Positions 38,805 to 48,404 of a stretch of 64,000 bases of DNA are shown here, piece after piece. Source of the stretch: Acidobacteriota bacterium (GTDB taxonomy: Bacteria; Acidobacteriota; Vicinamibacteria; Vicinamibacterales; UBA2999); the NCBI GenBank assembly GCA_030650395.1, contig JAUSDY010000063.1:6855-70854 (forward strand). The letters run 5' to 3'. Position 1 is the stretch's first letter; every line of letters begins with the position of its first letter. The notes below the pieces were generated by a model, which was not told where the DNA came from, did not search any database, and saw only the letters and a list, made by a program, of their open reading frames with translations. A program made the position numbers and the translations under genes.

Positions 38805-39818
38805 ATGGCGTTTACCATTACCCTGGCCGGCTCGATGACGGCATTTCCGTGCGCGGCCCACGACACGATCACGCGCGCGGCGCTGCGGGCGGGCGTGGCA
38901 TTGCCGTACGAATGCAATACCGGCGCATGCGGCAGCTGCAAAGTGGAGTTGATGTCCGGCGACATCGAGTCGCTGCGTCCCGACTCCACGGCATTGTCGG
39001 ACCGCGACCGCGCCAAGAGCCGCGTGCTCGGCTGCCAGGCCCAGCCCAGGAGCGACTGCGTGATCAAGGTCCGGGTTGATCCGGCCGCGCCCGCGATGCC
39101 ACGCCCTGCGGAGCAGGCGGCCACGCTGGTCAGTACCCGAGATCTGACACATGACATCCGCGAGTTCGATTTCGCACTGGCGGCGCCGGCCGGATTTCTT
39201 CCGGGCCAGTACGCGCTGCTACGCCTACCTGGTGTACCGACGGTGCGAGCCTACTCGATGTCGAATATCGCCGGCGGCCGGCTCTGGCAGTTCCAGGTCA
39301 AGCGGGTGCCGGGCGGGCGGGCAACCGGCGTATTGTTCGATCGGCTCACGGTCGGTGACGAGATTACGCTCGATGGGCCATTCGGCCACGGGTATCTGCG
39401 TGCGGACGCCGCGCGTGACATCGTCTGCATCGCGGGGGGATCCGGCATCGCGCCGATGTTGTCGATCGCGCGGGGTTTGGCAGAGTGCGCGTCGCTGAAG
39501 GGTCGGCACCTCCATTTCTTTTACGGCGGGCGGGCGCCCTCGGACATCTGCGGCGAAGACGTCTTGCGGACGCTGCCGCAATTGCATAGCCGATGGACCT
39601 ATGTACCGGTTGTGTCAGACATGGAAACGGTGGCGCCCGCTGCCTGGAGCGGACGCACCGGATTGGTGCACGATGCCGTGGCGGAGACCATGGGCGCCGG
39701 GCTGGCTGATTTCGAGTTCTATTTCGCCGGCCCGCCGCCAATGACCTTGGCTGTGCAACGGATGTTGATGCAGGCTAAAGTTCCTATGAGCCAGGCGCAC
39801 TTCGACCAGTTTTTTTAA
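38805..39818 (+). CDS. Oxygenase reductase: plant-type [2Fe-2S] ferredoxin fused to an FNR-like FAD/NAD(P) module
   Basis: CNTGACGSCKV (Cx4Cx2C), RAYSMS flavin motif, GGSGIAP dinucleotide motif. Confidence 0.85.
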   Translation: MAFTITLAGSMTAFPCAAHDTITRAALRAGVALPYECNTGACGSCKVELMSGDIESLRPDSTALSDRDRAKSRVLGCQAQPRSDCVIKVRVDPAAPAMPRPAEQAATLVSTRDLTHDIREFDFALAAPAGFLPGQYALLRLPGVPTVRAYSMSNIAGGRLWQFQVKRVPGGRATGVLFDRLTVGDEITLDGPFGHGYLRADAARDIVCIAGGSGIAPMLSIARGLAECASLKGRHLHFFYGGRAPSDICGEDVLRTLPQLHSRWTYVPVVSDMETVAPAAWSGRTGLVHDAVAETMGAGLADFEFYFAGPPPMTLAVQRMLMQAKVPMSQAHFDQFF

Positions 39819-39856
39819 TTCGACGCACGACGCCTGACCCGATAGGGAGTCCTCGT

Positions 39857-41143
39857 ATGCTCAAAAAAGAACAGAATGACCTTCTGGTTCAGTGCGGGCC
39901 AGGCACCCCGATGGGCCAGATGTTCCGGCGCTATTGGCTGCCGGCCCTGCTGGCCGACGAGCTGCCGGAAAACGAATGCCCGCCGGTCCGGGTCAAGATC
40001 TTGTCTGAACGCCTGATCGCCTGGCGCGACACGCAAGGCCGCCTCGCACTGACGGACGAGTTCTGCGCGCATCGTGGCGTCTCGCTGTGGTTTGGCCGGA
40101 ACGAGGAGAACGGGCTGCGCTGTCCGTACCACGGCTGGAAGTACGACCACACCGGCCAATGTATCGAGGTGCCCTCGGAGCCCGTCGAGAGTGGCTTCTG
40201 TCAGCAAATCAAGCTGGCGTCCTATCCCCTGGTTGAGCGCGGCGGCGTCCTCTGGGCGTACCTGGGCCCACCCGAGGCGCAACCACCCTTGCCGGAATGG
40301 GAATTCGCCATGATGCCGCCGGACCGCCGCTTCATGTCGAAGCGGATCCAGGAGTCCAATTGGCTGCAAGCGATGGAGGGTGGCATCGATTCAAGCCACG
40401 TCTCATTCCTGCATCGCGGCGACCTGAGTCAGGATCCGCTGTTCAAGGGCGCGAAGGGCAATCAATACAACCTTCAGGATGCGCGGCCGGTGTTCGAAGT
40501 GGTCGAAAGCCCGGGCGGCTTGCACATCGGCGCCCGCCGCAACGCGGAGGCCGATCACTACTACTGGCGGATCACCCAGTGGGTGATGCCGTCGTTCACG
40601 ATGATTCCGCCGCGCGGCGATCATCCGGTGCACGGGCATTTCTGGGTGCCGATCGATGACGAGAACTGCTGGGCGTGGAGCTTCGACTACAAAGTCACGC
40701 GGCCGCTGGCGCCGAGCGAATTGGAGGCGATGCGGGCGGGCAAGGGCATTCACGTCGATTACGAACCAGGCAGCTTCCGTCCGCTGGCGAACAAGGACAA
40801 CGACTATCTGATGGATCGCGCAGCCCAGAAGCGCGGTGACACGTTCTCGGGTATCAAGGGCATCGGCATGCAGGACGCGTCGCTGCAGGAAAGCATGGGG
40901 CCGATCGTGGATCGCACCAAGGAAAACCTGGTCTCGACCGACAATGGCATCATCATGGCCCGCCACCGCCTGCTGCGGGCCGTCAAGGCCCTGGTGGAGA
41001 AGGGCGCGACGCCGCCGGGCGTCGATACCGCCCATCAACGCTGCCGCTCGGCCTCGATCGTTCTGCCGGCGGACCAGCATTTCAAGGACGCCGCCAGGGA
41101 CGCCCTTGCGATCCAGCCGGACGCCGAACACGTGACGGTCTGA
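39857..41143 (+). CDS. Rieske non-haem iron oxygenase, phthalate-family alpha subunit
   Basis: CAHRGVSLWFGRNEENGLRCPYHGW Rieske motif; GGIDSSHVSFLH mononuclear iron motif; no beta subunit adjacent. Confidence 0.9.
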   Translation: MLKKEQNDLLVQCGPGTPMGQMFRRYWLPALLADELPENECPPVRVKILSERLIAWRDTQGRLALTDEFCAHRGVSLWFGRNEENGLRCPYHGWKYDHTGQCIEVPSEPVESGFCQQIKLASYPLVERGGVLWAYLGPPEAQPPLPEWEFAMMPPDRRFMSKRIQESNWLQAMEGGIDSSHVSFLHRGDLSQDPLFKGAKGNQYNLQDARPVFEVVESPGGLHIGARRNAEADHYYWRITQWVMPSFTMIPPRGDHPVHGHFWVPIDDENCWAWSFDYKVTRPLAPSELEAMRAGKGIHVDYEPGSFRPLANKDNDYLMDRAAQKRGDTFSGIKGIGMQDASLQESMGPIVDRTKENLVSTDNGIIMARHRLLRAVKALVEKGATPPGVDTAHQRCRSASIVLPADQHFKDAARDALAIQPDAEHVTV

Positions 41144-41144
41144 C

Positions 41145-41594
41145 GTGGTTACCGAAAGCGCCCGGATGACGAGCGCCGCTGAGGCGCGGTTCCGCATCGA
41201 CCGGCCGAACTCGCGGCCGCGCGCGATCACGGTCATCGCGCTCGATCAGCCGAGCGAGCGGGTCGTCATGGATCTGGCGGGGAGGCAATGGAATCGTGCG
41301 GCCTTCTTCGCGTTGCGTGCCCTGACCAGGGCGCAGCTGGATGATCAGATCGACAGCGCGGACCTTGTGGTCGTCGTGGCCACGGCGGGCGAGGACGCTC
41401 GCGACGCAGCCCTGATCGGCGAAGCGTGCAGTGCCAGGCGCGTGCAGACGACGGGCCTCATTCTCGGCGGGATCGAGAGCGCGGACGAGGCGCTCTCGAC
41501 GACGCTGGCGGAGTTACGTCCGTGGATGCTGATGCTCGTGATCGCCAGCTCCGCGGAGTACGTCGAGGACATGCTGCGCGCCCTGCGCGCGTAA
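41145..41594 (+). CDS. Hypothetical protein, remote FtsZ/tubulin-N-domain-like pattern without a GTP motif
   Basis: 149-aa ORF 2 nt after the oxygenase stop; ITVIALDQ...ADLVVVVATAGEDARDAALIGEACSARRVQTTGLIL...MLMLVIASS. Confidence 0.5.
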   Translation: MVTESARMTSAAEARFRIDRPNSRPRAITVIALDQPSERVVMDLAGRQWNRAAFFALRALTRAQLDDQIDSADLVVVVATAGEDARDAALIGEACSARRVQTTGLILGGIESADEALSTTLAELRPWMLMLVIASSAEYVEDMLRALRA

Positions 41595-41601
41595 TTGTCG
41601 G

Positions 41602-41644
41602 GGTTCGGAACAACAAGAACCTTGAAACCTCGGAACTTCGGAAC
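41602..41644. repeat. Low-complexity spacer built from (T)TCGGAAC / GAACC units
   Basis: GGTTCGGAACAACAAGAACCTTGAAACCTCGGAACTTCGGAAC between convergent genes. Confidence 0.7.
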
Positions 41645-44600
41645 TAGAAGTTGAACTTCACGCCCAACTGGATCTGCCGCGCGGCGGTCGAGGTGTTGTT
41701 GATCTCGCCGGCCGTTGGATTGCGTACACCACCCGCGTTGAAGATGGTGTTGTTGGGCAGCCCGAGGTTCACCCAGTTGAACGCGTTGAAGGCTTCGATA
41801 CGGAACTGCGCGACCGTTCTGCCGATCGCGAAGTTCTTGAACACCGAAATGTCCGCGACCTTCAAGCCTGGCCCCCGGATCGAATTGCGCGTCGCGTTCC
41901 CGAACACGCCCGCAGCCGGCACGGTGTACACCGACGGATCGAACCACTGGAGCGCCGTGCGCGGGTACGTCACTTCGCCGTTCACATTGGGTTTCTGCAG
42001 GCCGGTGTCGCTCTGACGATCGCCCACCTGGTCGTACGACAGGTATGGCGTGGTGGGAAGGCCGGTCGACGCCTGAAACACGCCGCCGATATTCCAGCCT
42101 TTCAGGAGCGCCCCAACCAGCCCGGTGCTATCGCGGCCAAACGGCAGCTGGTAGACCGCATTGAACACGAAGTTGTGCCGGACATCGTAGCTGGACGGTC
42201 CGTACTCGTACTCCGGATCGAACCAGTCGGTGGCGCTGCCGGCGCCGCTGTCGAAGTCGCTGCCGCCAATCAGGCCGCCCGACCACGTGTCCTTGGAGTT
42301 ACCGAGCGTGTAGGACGCCTGGAACTGCCAGCCGTCTGAATAGCGCTTGTTGAGTGCGAGCGTCATGCCCTGGTAGTTCGACCGCGCCACGTTGGTGCGC
42401 GTCCGGATGCGGCCCCAGCTCGGATACCGCAGCGCCGCGCCTGTCACGAGGCGCTTGACGCCATCGGACCCATACGCCGACGGCGTCGTATTGGGGTCGC
42501 CGTAGAACGGCAGATGGTGGCCGCGCGACCCGATGTACCCGGCCTCGGCCACGAGGTTGTGCCCGAGGTCCCGCTCGAAGTTCACGTGCCATTGCTGTGA
42601 GAAGGGCTGATCGATGTCGTACTCGATGAACTCCGAGCGCTTCTGCACGGTCGCGGGGTTCACGCCCGCCGCAAGGACAGTGATCATGCCCGGACCGAAC
42701 ACGGTCGGCTGCCGGATGTCGACGCCGGCGAAGTACGGGTAGATGCGGAACGTAGTGCCGCGATAAAACGAGGTGGTCAGCGGCTGATAGAAGACCCCGT
42801 AGCCGCCCTTGATCGTCTGCTTCTTGTTGCCCAACGGGTTCCACGCGACGCCAAGCCTCGGCGCCAGGCTCCTCTTTGACGGGTTCTTGAACATCGGCGT
42901 GCCGGGGGTGATCCCTTTCGGACCGTTCTCGAGGTCGTTGAGGCTCAGGAGTCCCGCCACTTTTCCGTTGAGCTCCTTGGGGTCGGTCACAAATTCGTAG
43001 CGCAACCCGTAATTGACGCTCAACGAGTCGCCCGCCCGCCAGTCGTCCTGCACGAAAAACGCCGCATAGTGCTGCCGCATTTTCCGGAACGTGTCCGTGC
43101 CGGGCAAGTTGCCGGTGAACCGGTCGGCCTGCGCGCCCCCGCCGCGATTGAGCGTCAGGAATTCCGTGAGATTGCGGAAGCGGAACTCGCCGCCGTAACG
43201 GGAGAACGAGAAGCCGTCGAAGTGCGTCTTCTGCCAGTCGAAGCCGGCCTTGATCACGTGGCCGCCCCGGCTCCACGTGAGCGTGTCGCTCAGCTGAAAC
43301 AGATCCTGGCGGTAGTCAACGGGAATGGTGGCGATCGAGCCGGCGGTCGAGACATTCAGGATGTTGATGGCGCCCCAGTGCGGATCTTCGCTGAAGTAGA
43401 GCGACCTCGGAATGTCGATTGTCGACAACAGATCGTTGTCACGTCCGGTGCGGTTGGCGGCGAACTTGAGCGTGTTCAGCAGCCTCGAGTTGAAGATGTG
43501 CTGGTACTGCGTCGTGAAGTAGCGCGTGTCGGTGCCGACCGTCTCGTAGAACAGTGGATGCGTCTGGGCGATCTTCGTGTCGGACACGTCGCGCGACCAG
43601 CGCACCATGTAGGTGCCCTTCCTTCCCACGTTGTAGTCGAATTTCACAACACCGAAATTCTCGTCGGTCGGGTCCTGGCTCGAGTGGGCCTGCTCGGCGG
43701 TGCCGTCACCAAAGTCACGGCCCGTCGGAATCGGGAAGAGCAGGTCAAGATAGGGGCGCACCGCCGGATGCACGCCGACATTGACCAGCTGCCCCTGGGC
43801 GTTCGGCACCAGCCCCTGCCGTGACTGCGCATTCGGAAGTCGTGCGAAGCGCGTCACCGCGAGCCGCTCTCTGAGGCCCTCGTAGCTGCCGAAGTAAAAC
43901 AGCTTGTTCTTGAAAATCGGCCCACCCAATGTCAGGCCGAACTGATTGCGCTTGAAATCGGGTAGCTCGCCCTCGTCGAAGAAGTTGCGGGAGTCGAACG
44001 CCGCGTCGCGGTTAAACTCGAACACCGTGCCATGGATCCGATTGGTCCCCGACTTGGTGACCGCGCTCATGATGCCGCCGGCGGCGCGGCCGAACTCGGC
44101 GCTGTAGCCGTGCGTCTGGACGCTGAACTCCTGCACGGTGTCGACGCCCAACAGCACGCCGGAGAGGCTCGAGGGCGCCTTGTCTGAAATGTCGGCGATG
44201 TTGGTGCCGTCCATGAGGTATCCGGTCTGCTCCGGCCGCGCACCACCGATGGAGAGCTGTGTGCTGCCAAAGCCCCCGGTGAAGTCGCGCGAGGTGGCCC
44301 GGCTGACCACCACGCCAGGCTGGAGTGTCGCCAGCTGCATGAAGCTGCGGCCGTTGAGCGGCAATTCCGCAATCTGCCTGGTGGTGACCACGCCGCCGGC
44401 CGTCGTGGCCCCGAGCGACACGGTGCTCGTTTCGCCCGCGACGGTGACCTGCTGGCTGAAATTTCCGATCTTGAGCTGGACGTCCGCGAGCACGTCCTTG
44501 CTGATGGCGACGGTCAAACCCGTGCGCTTCACCTGGGTAAATCCCTGGAGTTCCGCGACAAGTTCGTAGGACCCTGGACTCAGGCTGAGCACGCGATAGC

Positions 44601-44793
44601 GGCCGTTGCTGTCGCTGACCTGCGTGCGTTCGAGGCCGGTGTCGATATTCTTCACAGTGATCGTGACCCCGGGCATCACGGCGCCGCTCTCGTCGGCCAC
44701 AGTGCCCGAAATACTCCCCGTGGTGGCCTGCGCGAACAGGGCGTCCGGCGCACACAGCAGAGCCGCCAGCAATACAGCAGAAGTCATGCGCAT
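41644..44793 (-). CDS. TonB-dependent receptor with N-terminal carboxypeptidase-regulatory-like domain
   Basis: Signal peptide, then SISGTVADESGAVMPGVTITVKNIDTGLERTQVSDSNGRYRVLSLSPGSYEL; plug (LNGRSFMQLATLQPGV); barrel terminus LGVKFNF. Confidence 0.85.
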   Translation of the reverse strand: MRMTSAVLLAALLCAPDALFAQATTGSISGTVADESGAVMPGVTITVKNIDTGLERTQVSDSNGRYRVLSLSPGSYELVAELQGFTQVKRTGLTVAISKDVLADVQLKIGNFSQQVTVAGETSTVSLGATTAGGVVTTRQIAELPLNGRSFMQLATLQPGVVVSRATSRDFTGGFGSTQLSIGGARPEQTGYLMDGTNIADISDKAPSSLSGVLLGVDTVQEFSVQTHGYSAEFGRAAGGIMSAVTKSGTNRIHGTVFEFNRDAAFDSRNFFDEGELPDFKRNQFGLTLGGPIFKNKLFYFGSYEGLRERLAVTRFARLPNAQSRQGLVPNAQGQLVNVGVHPAVRPYLDLLFPIPTGRDFGDGTAEQAHSSQDPTDENFGVVKFDYNVGRKGTYMVRWSRDVSDTKIAQTHPLFYETVGTDTRYFTTQYQHIFNSRLLNTLKFAANRTGRDNDLLSTIDIPRSLYFSEDPHWGAINILNVSTAGSIATIPVDYRQDLFQLSDTLTWSRGGHVIKAGFDWQKTHFDGFSFSRYGGEFRFRNLTEFLTLNRGGGAQADRFTGNLPGTDTFRKMRQHYAAFFVQDDWRAGDSLSVNYGLRYEFVTDPKELNGKVAGLLSLNDLENGPKGITPGTPMFKNPSKRSLAPRLGVAWNPLGNKKQTIKGGYGVFYQPLTTSFYRGTTFRIYPYFAGVDIRQPTVFGPGMITVLAAGVNPATVQKRSEFIEYDIDQPFSQQWHVNFERDLGHNLVAEAGYIGSRGHHLPFYGDPNTTPSAYGSDGVKRLVTGAALRYPSWGRIRTRTNVARSNYQGMTLALNKRYSDGWQFQASYTLGNSKDTWSGGLIGGSDFDSGAGSATDWFDPEYEYGPSSYDVRHNFVFNAVYQLPFGRDSTGLVGALLKGWNIGGVFQASTGLPTTPYLSYDQVGDRQSDTGLQKPNVNGEVTYPRTALQWFDPSVYTVPAAGVFGNATRNSIRGPGLKVADISVFKNFAIGRTVAQFRIEAFNAFNWVNLGLPNNTIFNAGGVRNPTAGEINNTSTAARQIQLGVKFNF

Positions 44794-44875
44794 GTCGAAA
44801 TCTCCCTTACAAATGTCCTGGCCCGAGCGGGACATTGCGAACCTTGGTCGAGGTGTTTGGCCCTGTCAACAACAA

Positions 44876-45724
44876 TCAGCGGGCCCCGAGGAACGACAGC
44901 AGACGGGGTGCGACGGTCTCTTCTGTCTGGCCGTCCACGGGCATATCCCAGTATTCGGCGCGGGGGAGGCATTCTTCGAGATACCGCGCGGCGGACGTCG
45001 CGTGCGAGGCATCCCGTCCTGGAACGACCAGCGCCGGAATATCGAGGCGCATCAAGTCTTCCGGATCGGCGCCGGGCGCCGTGTCACGGTCGAAGAGCGC
45101 GCGCCCCAGGCCGGCGACCAGCAGCTTGTACTGATCGACGTCCTGCCCCGCAAACGCGTCGGCAAACGCGCGGTCGTGCCGGATCACCGCGGCCCACGGC
45201 CCGCCGCGCGGATCGGCGCCGAACGACTTGCCTTCCGTGGCGACGAGCGAGACGACCGCCTCGAGACCATGCTGATTGACAAAGGCCAGGTGTTCCGCAA
45301 ATCGCTGCTGGCTGTTGATGCGGTACCTTGCGCCGCCAACCGGCCAATACAGAATCATGCTGAGCGTCGCGCTGGGATGCATGACGCCGAACGCCGCGGC
45401 CGGGCAGCAGCCCATGCAGCCGCCCATGAGGTGTGCGCGCTCGATTTTCAGGTGGTCCAGTAATCCCCTGCCCTGCGCGACGTAGTGGGCCCACGTGACG
45501 GGCTCCAGTTTGCCGCCCGACTGGCCGGTTTCGCGGCGGTCGAAGATGATGCAGCGATAGTGCTTCGACAGGTAGTCCAGCATCTTCGTCTTCGCGTACA
45601 CGCCGAGCGTGGACCACTTCTCCAGCGTGGCGTCGAAGCCACCGGGCGAGAACATCAGGAGCGGCGGCCCCGAGCCCACGACTTCATAGCGTGTCGTGAT
45701 GCCGTCGATGATGGCGGTGGGCAT
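44876..45724 (-). CDS. Alpha/beta hydrolase with Cys at the nucleophile elbow
   Basis: Internal ATG 45724 (MPTAIIDGITTRYEVVGSGPPLLMFSPGG); elbow reads LMGGCMGCC instead of GxSxG. Confidence 0.8.
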   Translation of the reverse strand: MPTAIIDGITTRYEVVGSGPPLLMFSPGGFDATLEKWSTLGVYAKTKMLDYLSKHYRCIIFDRRETGQSGGKLEPVTWAHYVAQGRGLLDHLKIERAHLMGGCMGCCPAAAFGVMHPSATLSMILYWPVGGARYRINSQQRFAEHLAFVNQHGLEAVVSLVATEGKSFGADPRGGPWAAVIRHDRAFADAFAGQDVDQYKLLVAGLGRALFDRDTAPGADPEDLMRLDIPALVVPGRDASHATSAARYLEECLPRAEYWDMPVDGQTEETVAPRLLSFLGAR

Positions 45725-45746
45725 ATTGGGGAACGTGGATCGGGAA

Positions 45747-46580
45747 TCAGGGCTTCGGACGCGCGCCTTTGATGTGGCGGGCGCCGCGCACATCATTGGC
45801 GAACTCCGTAATCGCATCGAAGGCGACCTTCGCCACGTTGGCGTAGGTCTCCGCCGGGGCATCAAGGTTGCTGGCGGCATAGCCCATGGCGGCGTGCGCC
45901 ATTCGCATTCGGCCATCCAGCCACGGCCCTCCGCCGAACCCCCCGATCACTGGAATGGACACCGCACTCACGACCGCGGCGCCCGCCACCGGGCCCGAGT
46001 TGGTGAAGTCGAGCAGCGACGCGCCCGCGTCTTCGAGCCGCTTCGCCTCGTCCACGAGCCGTGCGGTCATCTCCGGCGTCGCCTGGGCGGCGGGCGTCGA
46101 CGCGGCGCTGTACGGGATGCCGTATTGCAGCGCCGTCTGCGGAGTGATGCCGAACTGCGCAAAAACCGGAATGCCCGCTCGCGCGATGGCTCGCACGGCA
46201 TCGGGGAAAGCGGCCGCGCCATCCAACTTGACCATGTCCGCGCCCCCTTCTTTGACCAGTCGGATCGCCGCACCGAGCGCCCCGTCCGTGCCGGACTGAA
46301 GGGGCCCGAAAGGAAAATCGCAACTCACGAGCGCCCGCTTGACGCCACGGCGCACCGCCCTGCACACCACGAGCATCTCCTCGATCGTCACTTCCAATGG
46401 ACTGGACTGGCCCCACAAGTTGACGCCCACCGTGTCTCCGACCGAGACGATCTCCACGCCCGCCCGGTCGACGATCTGCGCGATCTGGTAGTCCCACGCC
46501 ACGACGCCCACGATTTTTCGCGCGTCGCGTTTCATCTGCCCGAGCGAGGGAATCGTGACGGGGGTTTGATTCGACTCCAT
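45747..46580 (-). CDS. PanB-family (3-methyl-2-oxobutanoate hydroxymethyltransferase-like, ICL/PEPM superfamily) enzyme
   Basis: Internal ATG 46580; VGVVAWDYQIAQIVDRAGVEIVSVGDTVGVNLWG...VSCDFPFG...VKLDG pattern. Confidence 0.75.
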   Translation of the reverse strand: MESNQTPVTIPSLGQMKRDARKIVGVVAWDYQIAQIVDRAGVEIVSVGDTVGVNLWGQSSPLEVTIEEMLVVCRAVRRGVKRALVSCDFPFGPLQSGTDGALGAAIRLVKEGGADMVKLDGAAAFPDAVRAIARAGIPVFAQFGITPQTALQYGIPYSAASTPAAQATPEMTARLVDEAKRLEDAGASLLDFTNSGPVAGAAVVSAVSIPVIGGFGGGPWLDGRMRMAHAAMGYAASNLDAPAETYANVAKVAFDAITEFANDVRGARHIKGARPKP

Positions 46581-46600
46581 GGGTCCTTGTCCTGCCCCCC

Positions 46601-47305
46601 TCACAACGTCTCGCCGTCGCGCAGCACGCCGGCGGCACGCAGCGCTCCGTCGAGCCACTTCGGACGCACGTTGGTGCCCGAGACGATCTCGGCGAGGCGC
46701 GTCCGCTCGTCTTCGACTTTCTGCGCCGCCAACGCCAGCAGCGACGCGGCTCTCTCCCGCTCGACGACCACGACCCCGTCGGCGTCACCGACGATGAGAT
46801 CGCCGGGATTGATGGCGACGCCGCCGCACGAGATCGGCCAGTTGATGCGTCCGGGAATACTCTTCGTCGGGCCGTTGGGATTGGCCCCCACGGAATACAC
46901 CGGAAACCCGAGGGCAAGAAGTTCCTCGGTGTCGCGGTGCGCCCCATCGAGGACCACTCCGCCCAAGCCCAGCGCCTTGCAGGCGCTGATCATGATCGCG
47001 CCCATCAAGGCGCAGCTGGTGTCGGCCTTGCCGTCGACGACCAGGATGTCTCCTGGCTTGGCCATCGCCATGGCGGCATGAATCATCAGGTTGTCGCCCG
47101 GGCGAACTTCGATCGTGAACGCGGGGCCGCCCAATCTCGTGGCGGGCGTGAGTGGAGAGATGCGGCCGTCCAGTGTGCCGCGGCGTCCGGCGACATCGGC
47201 GAGGATGGACGCGGCAAACCTGGACGCGCGCTCCACGATCGCGGGCGACACACGCTCGAAGTCGCGCCGGATGGCCGATAACGACGCGGCGAGTGTGTCG
47301 TCCAT
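46601..47305 (-). CDS. RraA-family aldolase (4-hydroxy-4-methyl-2-oxoglutarate / 4-carboxy-4-hydroxy-2-oxoadipate aldolase-like)
   Basis: 234 aa; GPAFTIEVRPGDNLMIHAAMAMAKPGDILVVDG...GGVVLDGAHRD pattern. Confidence 0.8.
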   Translation of the reverse strand: MDDTLAASLSAIRRDFERVSPAIVERASRFAASILADVAGRRGTLDGRISPLTPATRLGGPAFTIEVRPGDNLMIHAAMAMAKPGDILVVDGKADTSCALMGAIMISACKALGLGGVVLDGAHRDTEELLALGFPVYSVGANPNGPTKSIPGRINWPISCGGVAINPGDLIVGDADGVVVVERERAASLLALAAQKVEDERTRLAEIVSGTNVRPKWLDGALRAAGVLRDGETL

Positions 47306-47347
47306 GTGAAGTGTTCCCGTCTCCTCGATGGGCCCCAGGCGGGTGCG

Positions 47348-48391
47348 TTAGTGGCTCGTCTGGCCGGCGTGACCGCGCTTGGTCAACAGCGCGTCGAGTC
47401 GAGGATATACCCGGCGGGCATTGCCCTCAAAGATCTTGTAGCGGTCTTCGTCACTGAGAGTGCTCACCTGATCGATGTAGCGCTTGGTGTCGTCGAAATG
47501 GTGACCCGTTTCCGGGTCGACGCCCGGCACCGCGCCCATCAGCTCTGAAGCGAAGAGGATGTTGTCGACCGGGACCACCTTGGTGAGCAGCTCGATGCCG
47601 GGCAGGTGATACACGCACGTATCGAAGAAGACGTTCTGCATTACATGTTCGACCAACGGGAGTTTTTTGATGCTCAGGCACAAGCCGCGGTAGCGGCCCC
47701 AATGGAACGGTGCGGCGCCACCGCCGTGCGGGATGATGAGCTTGAGGGCCGGAAAGTCCTTGAAGAGATCGCCTTGAATGAGCTGCATGAACGCCGTGGT
47801 GTCGGCGTTGATGTAGTGCGCGCCCGTATGGTGAAAATTGCGGTTGCAGGACGACGACACGTGGATGGTCGCCGGGACGTTCAGCTCGCAGAGCTTTTCG
47901 TAGATGGGGTACCAGTACCTATCGGTCAGGGGCGGCTCTGTCCAATGCCCACCCGACGGGTCCGGGTTCAGGTTGACGCCGACAAACCCCAGCTCCTTCA
48001 CGACGCGCTCGAGCTCGGCCAGGCAGTTCGCCGGGGGGACGCCGGGGAACTGCGGGAGCTGGGCGACGCCGACGAAATTGTCGGGGAGCAGCGTGCAGAT
48101 CCGATGAATGAGGTTGTTGGAGACCGTCGTCCACTGCCGGCTGACGGCCTCGCTGCCGACGTGATGGGCCATGCCGGCGGCACGTGGCGAGAAGATCGTG
48201 AGGTCGCTGCCGCGGTCCTTCTGGAGCTTGAGCTGCGGCGCCACGCTGGCGACGAGGACCTCGTCGGTGATGCCCAGATCCGTCGACGCTGGCTTCCGGG
48301 CGGGATCGGCCAGTCCGGCGAGCTGCTTGTCGCGGAACACCTGGAGCGCTGGCGGCTCGGTCGTGTAGTGGCAGTGGGTATCGATGATCAT
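47348..48391 (-). CDS. Amidohydrolase-2 family hydratase/decarboxylase (LigJ-like 4-oxalomesaconate hydratase)
   Basis: MIIDTHCHYTTEP start and overall length (347 aa) as in LigJ-type enzymes. Confidence 0.75.
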   Translation of the reverse strand: MIIDTHCHYTTEPPALQVFRDKQLAGLADPARKPASTDLGITDEVLVASVAPQLKLQKDRGSDLTIFSPRAAGMAHHVGSEAVSRQWTTVSNNLIHRICTLLPDNFVGVAQLPQFPGVPPANCLAELERVVKELGFVGVNLNPDPSGGHWTEPPLTDRYWYPIYEKLCELNVPATIHVSSSCNRNFHHTGAHYINADTTAFMQLIQGDLFKDFPALKLIIPHGGGAAPFHWGRYRGLCLSIKKLPLVEHVMQNVFFDTCVYHLPGIELLTKVVPVDNILFASELMGAVPGVDPETGHHFDDTKRYIDQVSTLSDEDRYKIFEGNARRVYPRLDALLTKRGHAGQTSH

Positions 48392-48404
48392 GCGATCGCA
48401 GCCC

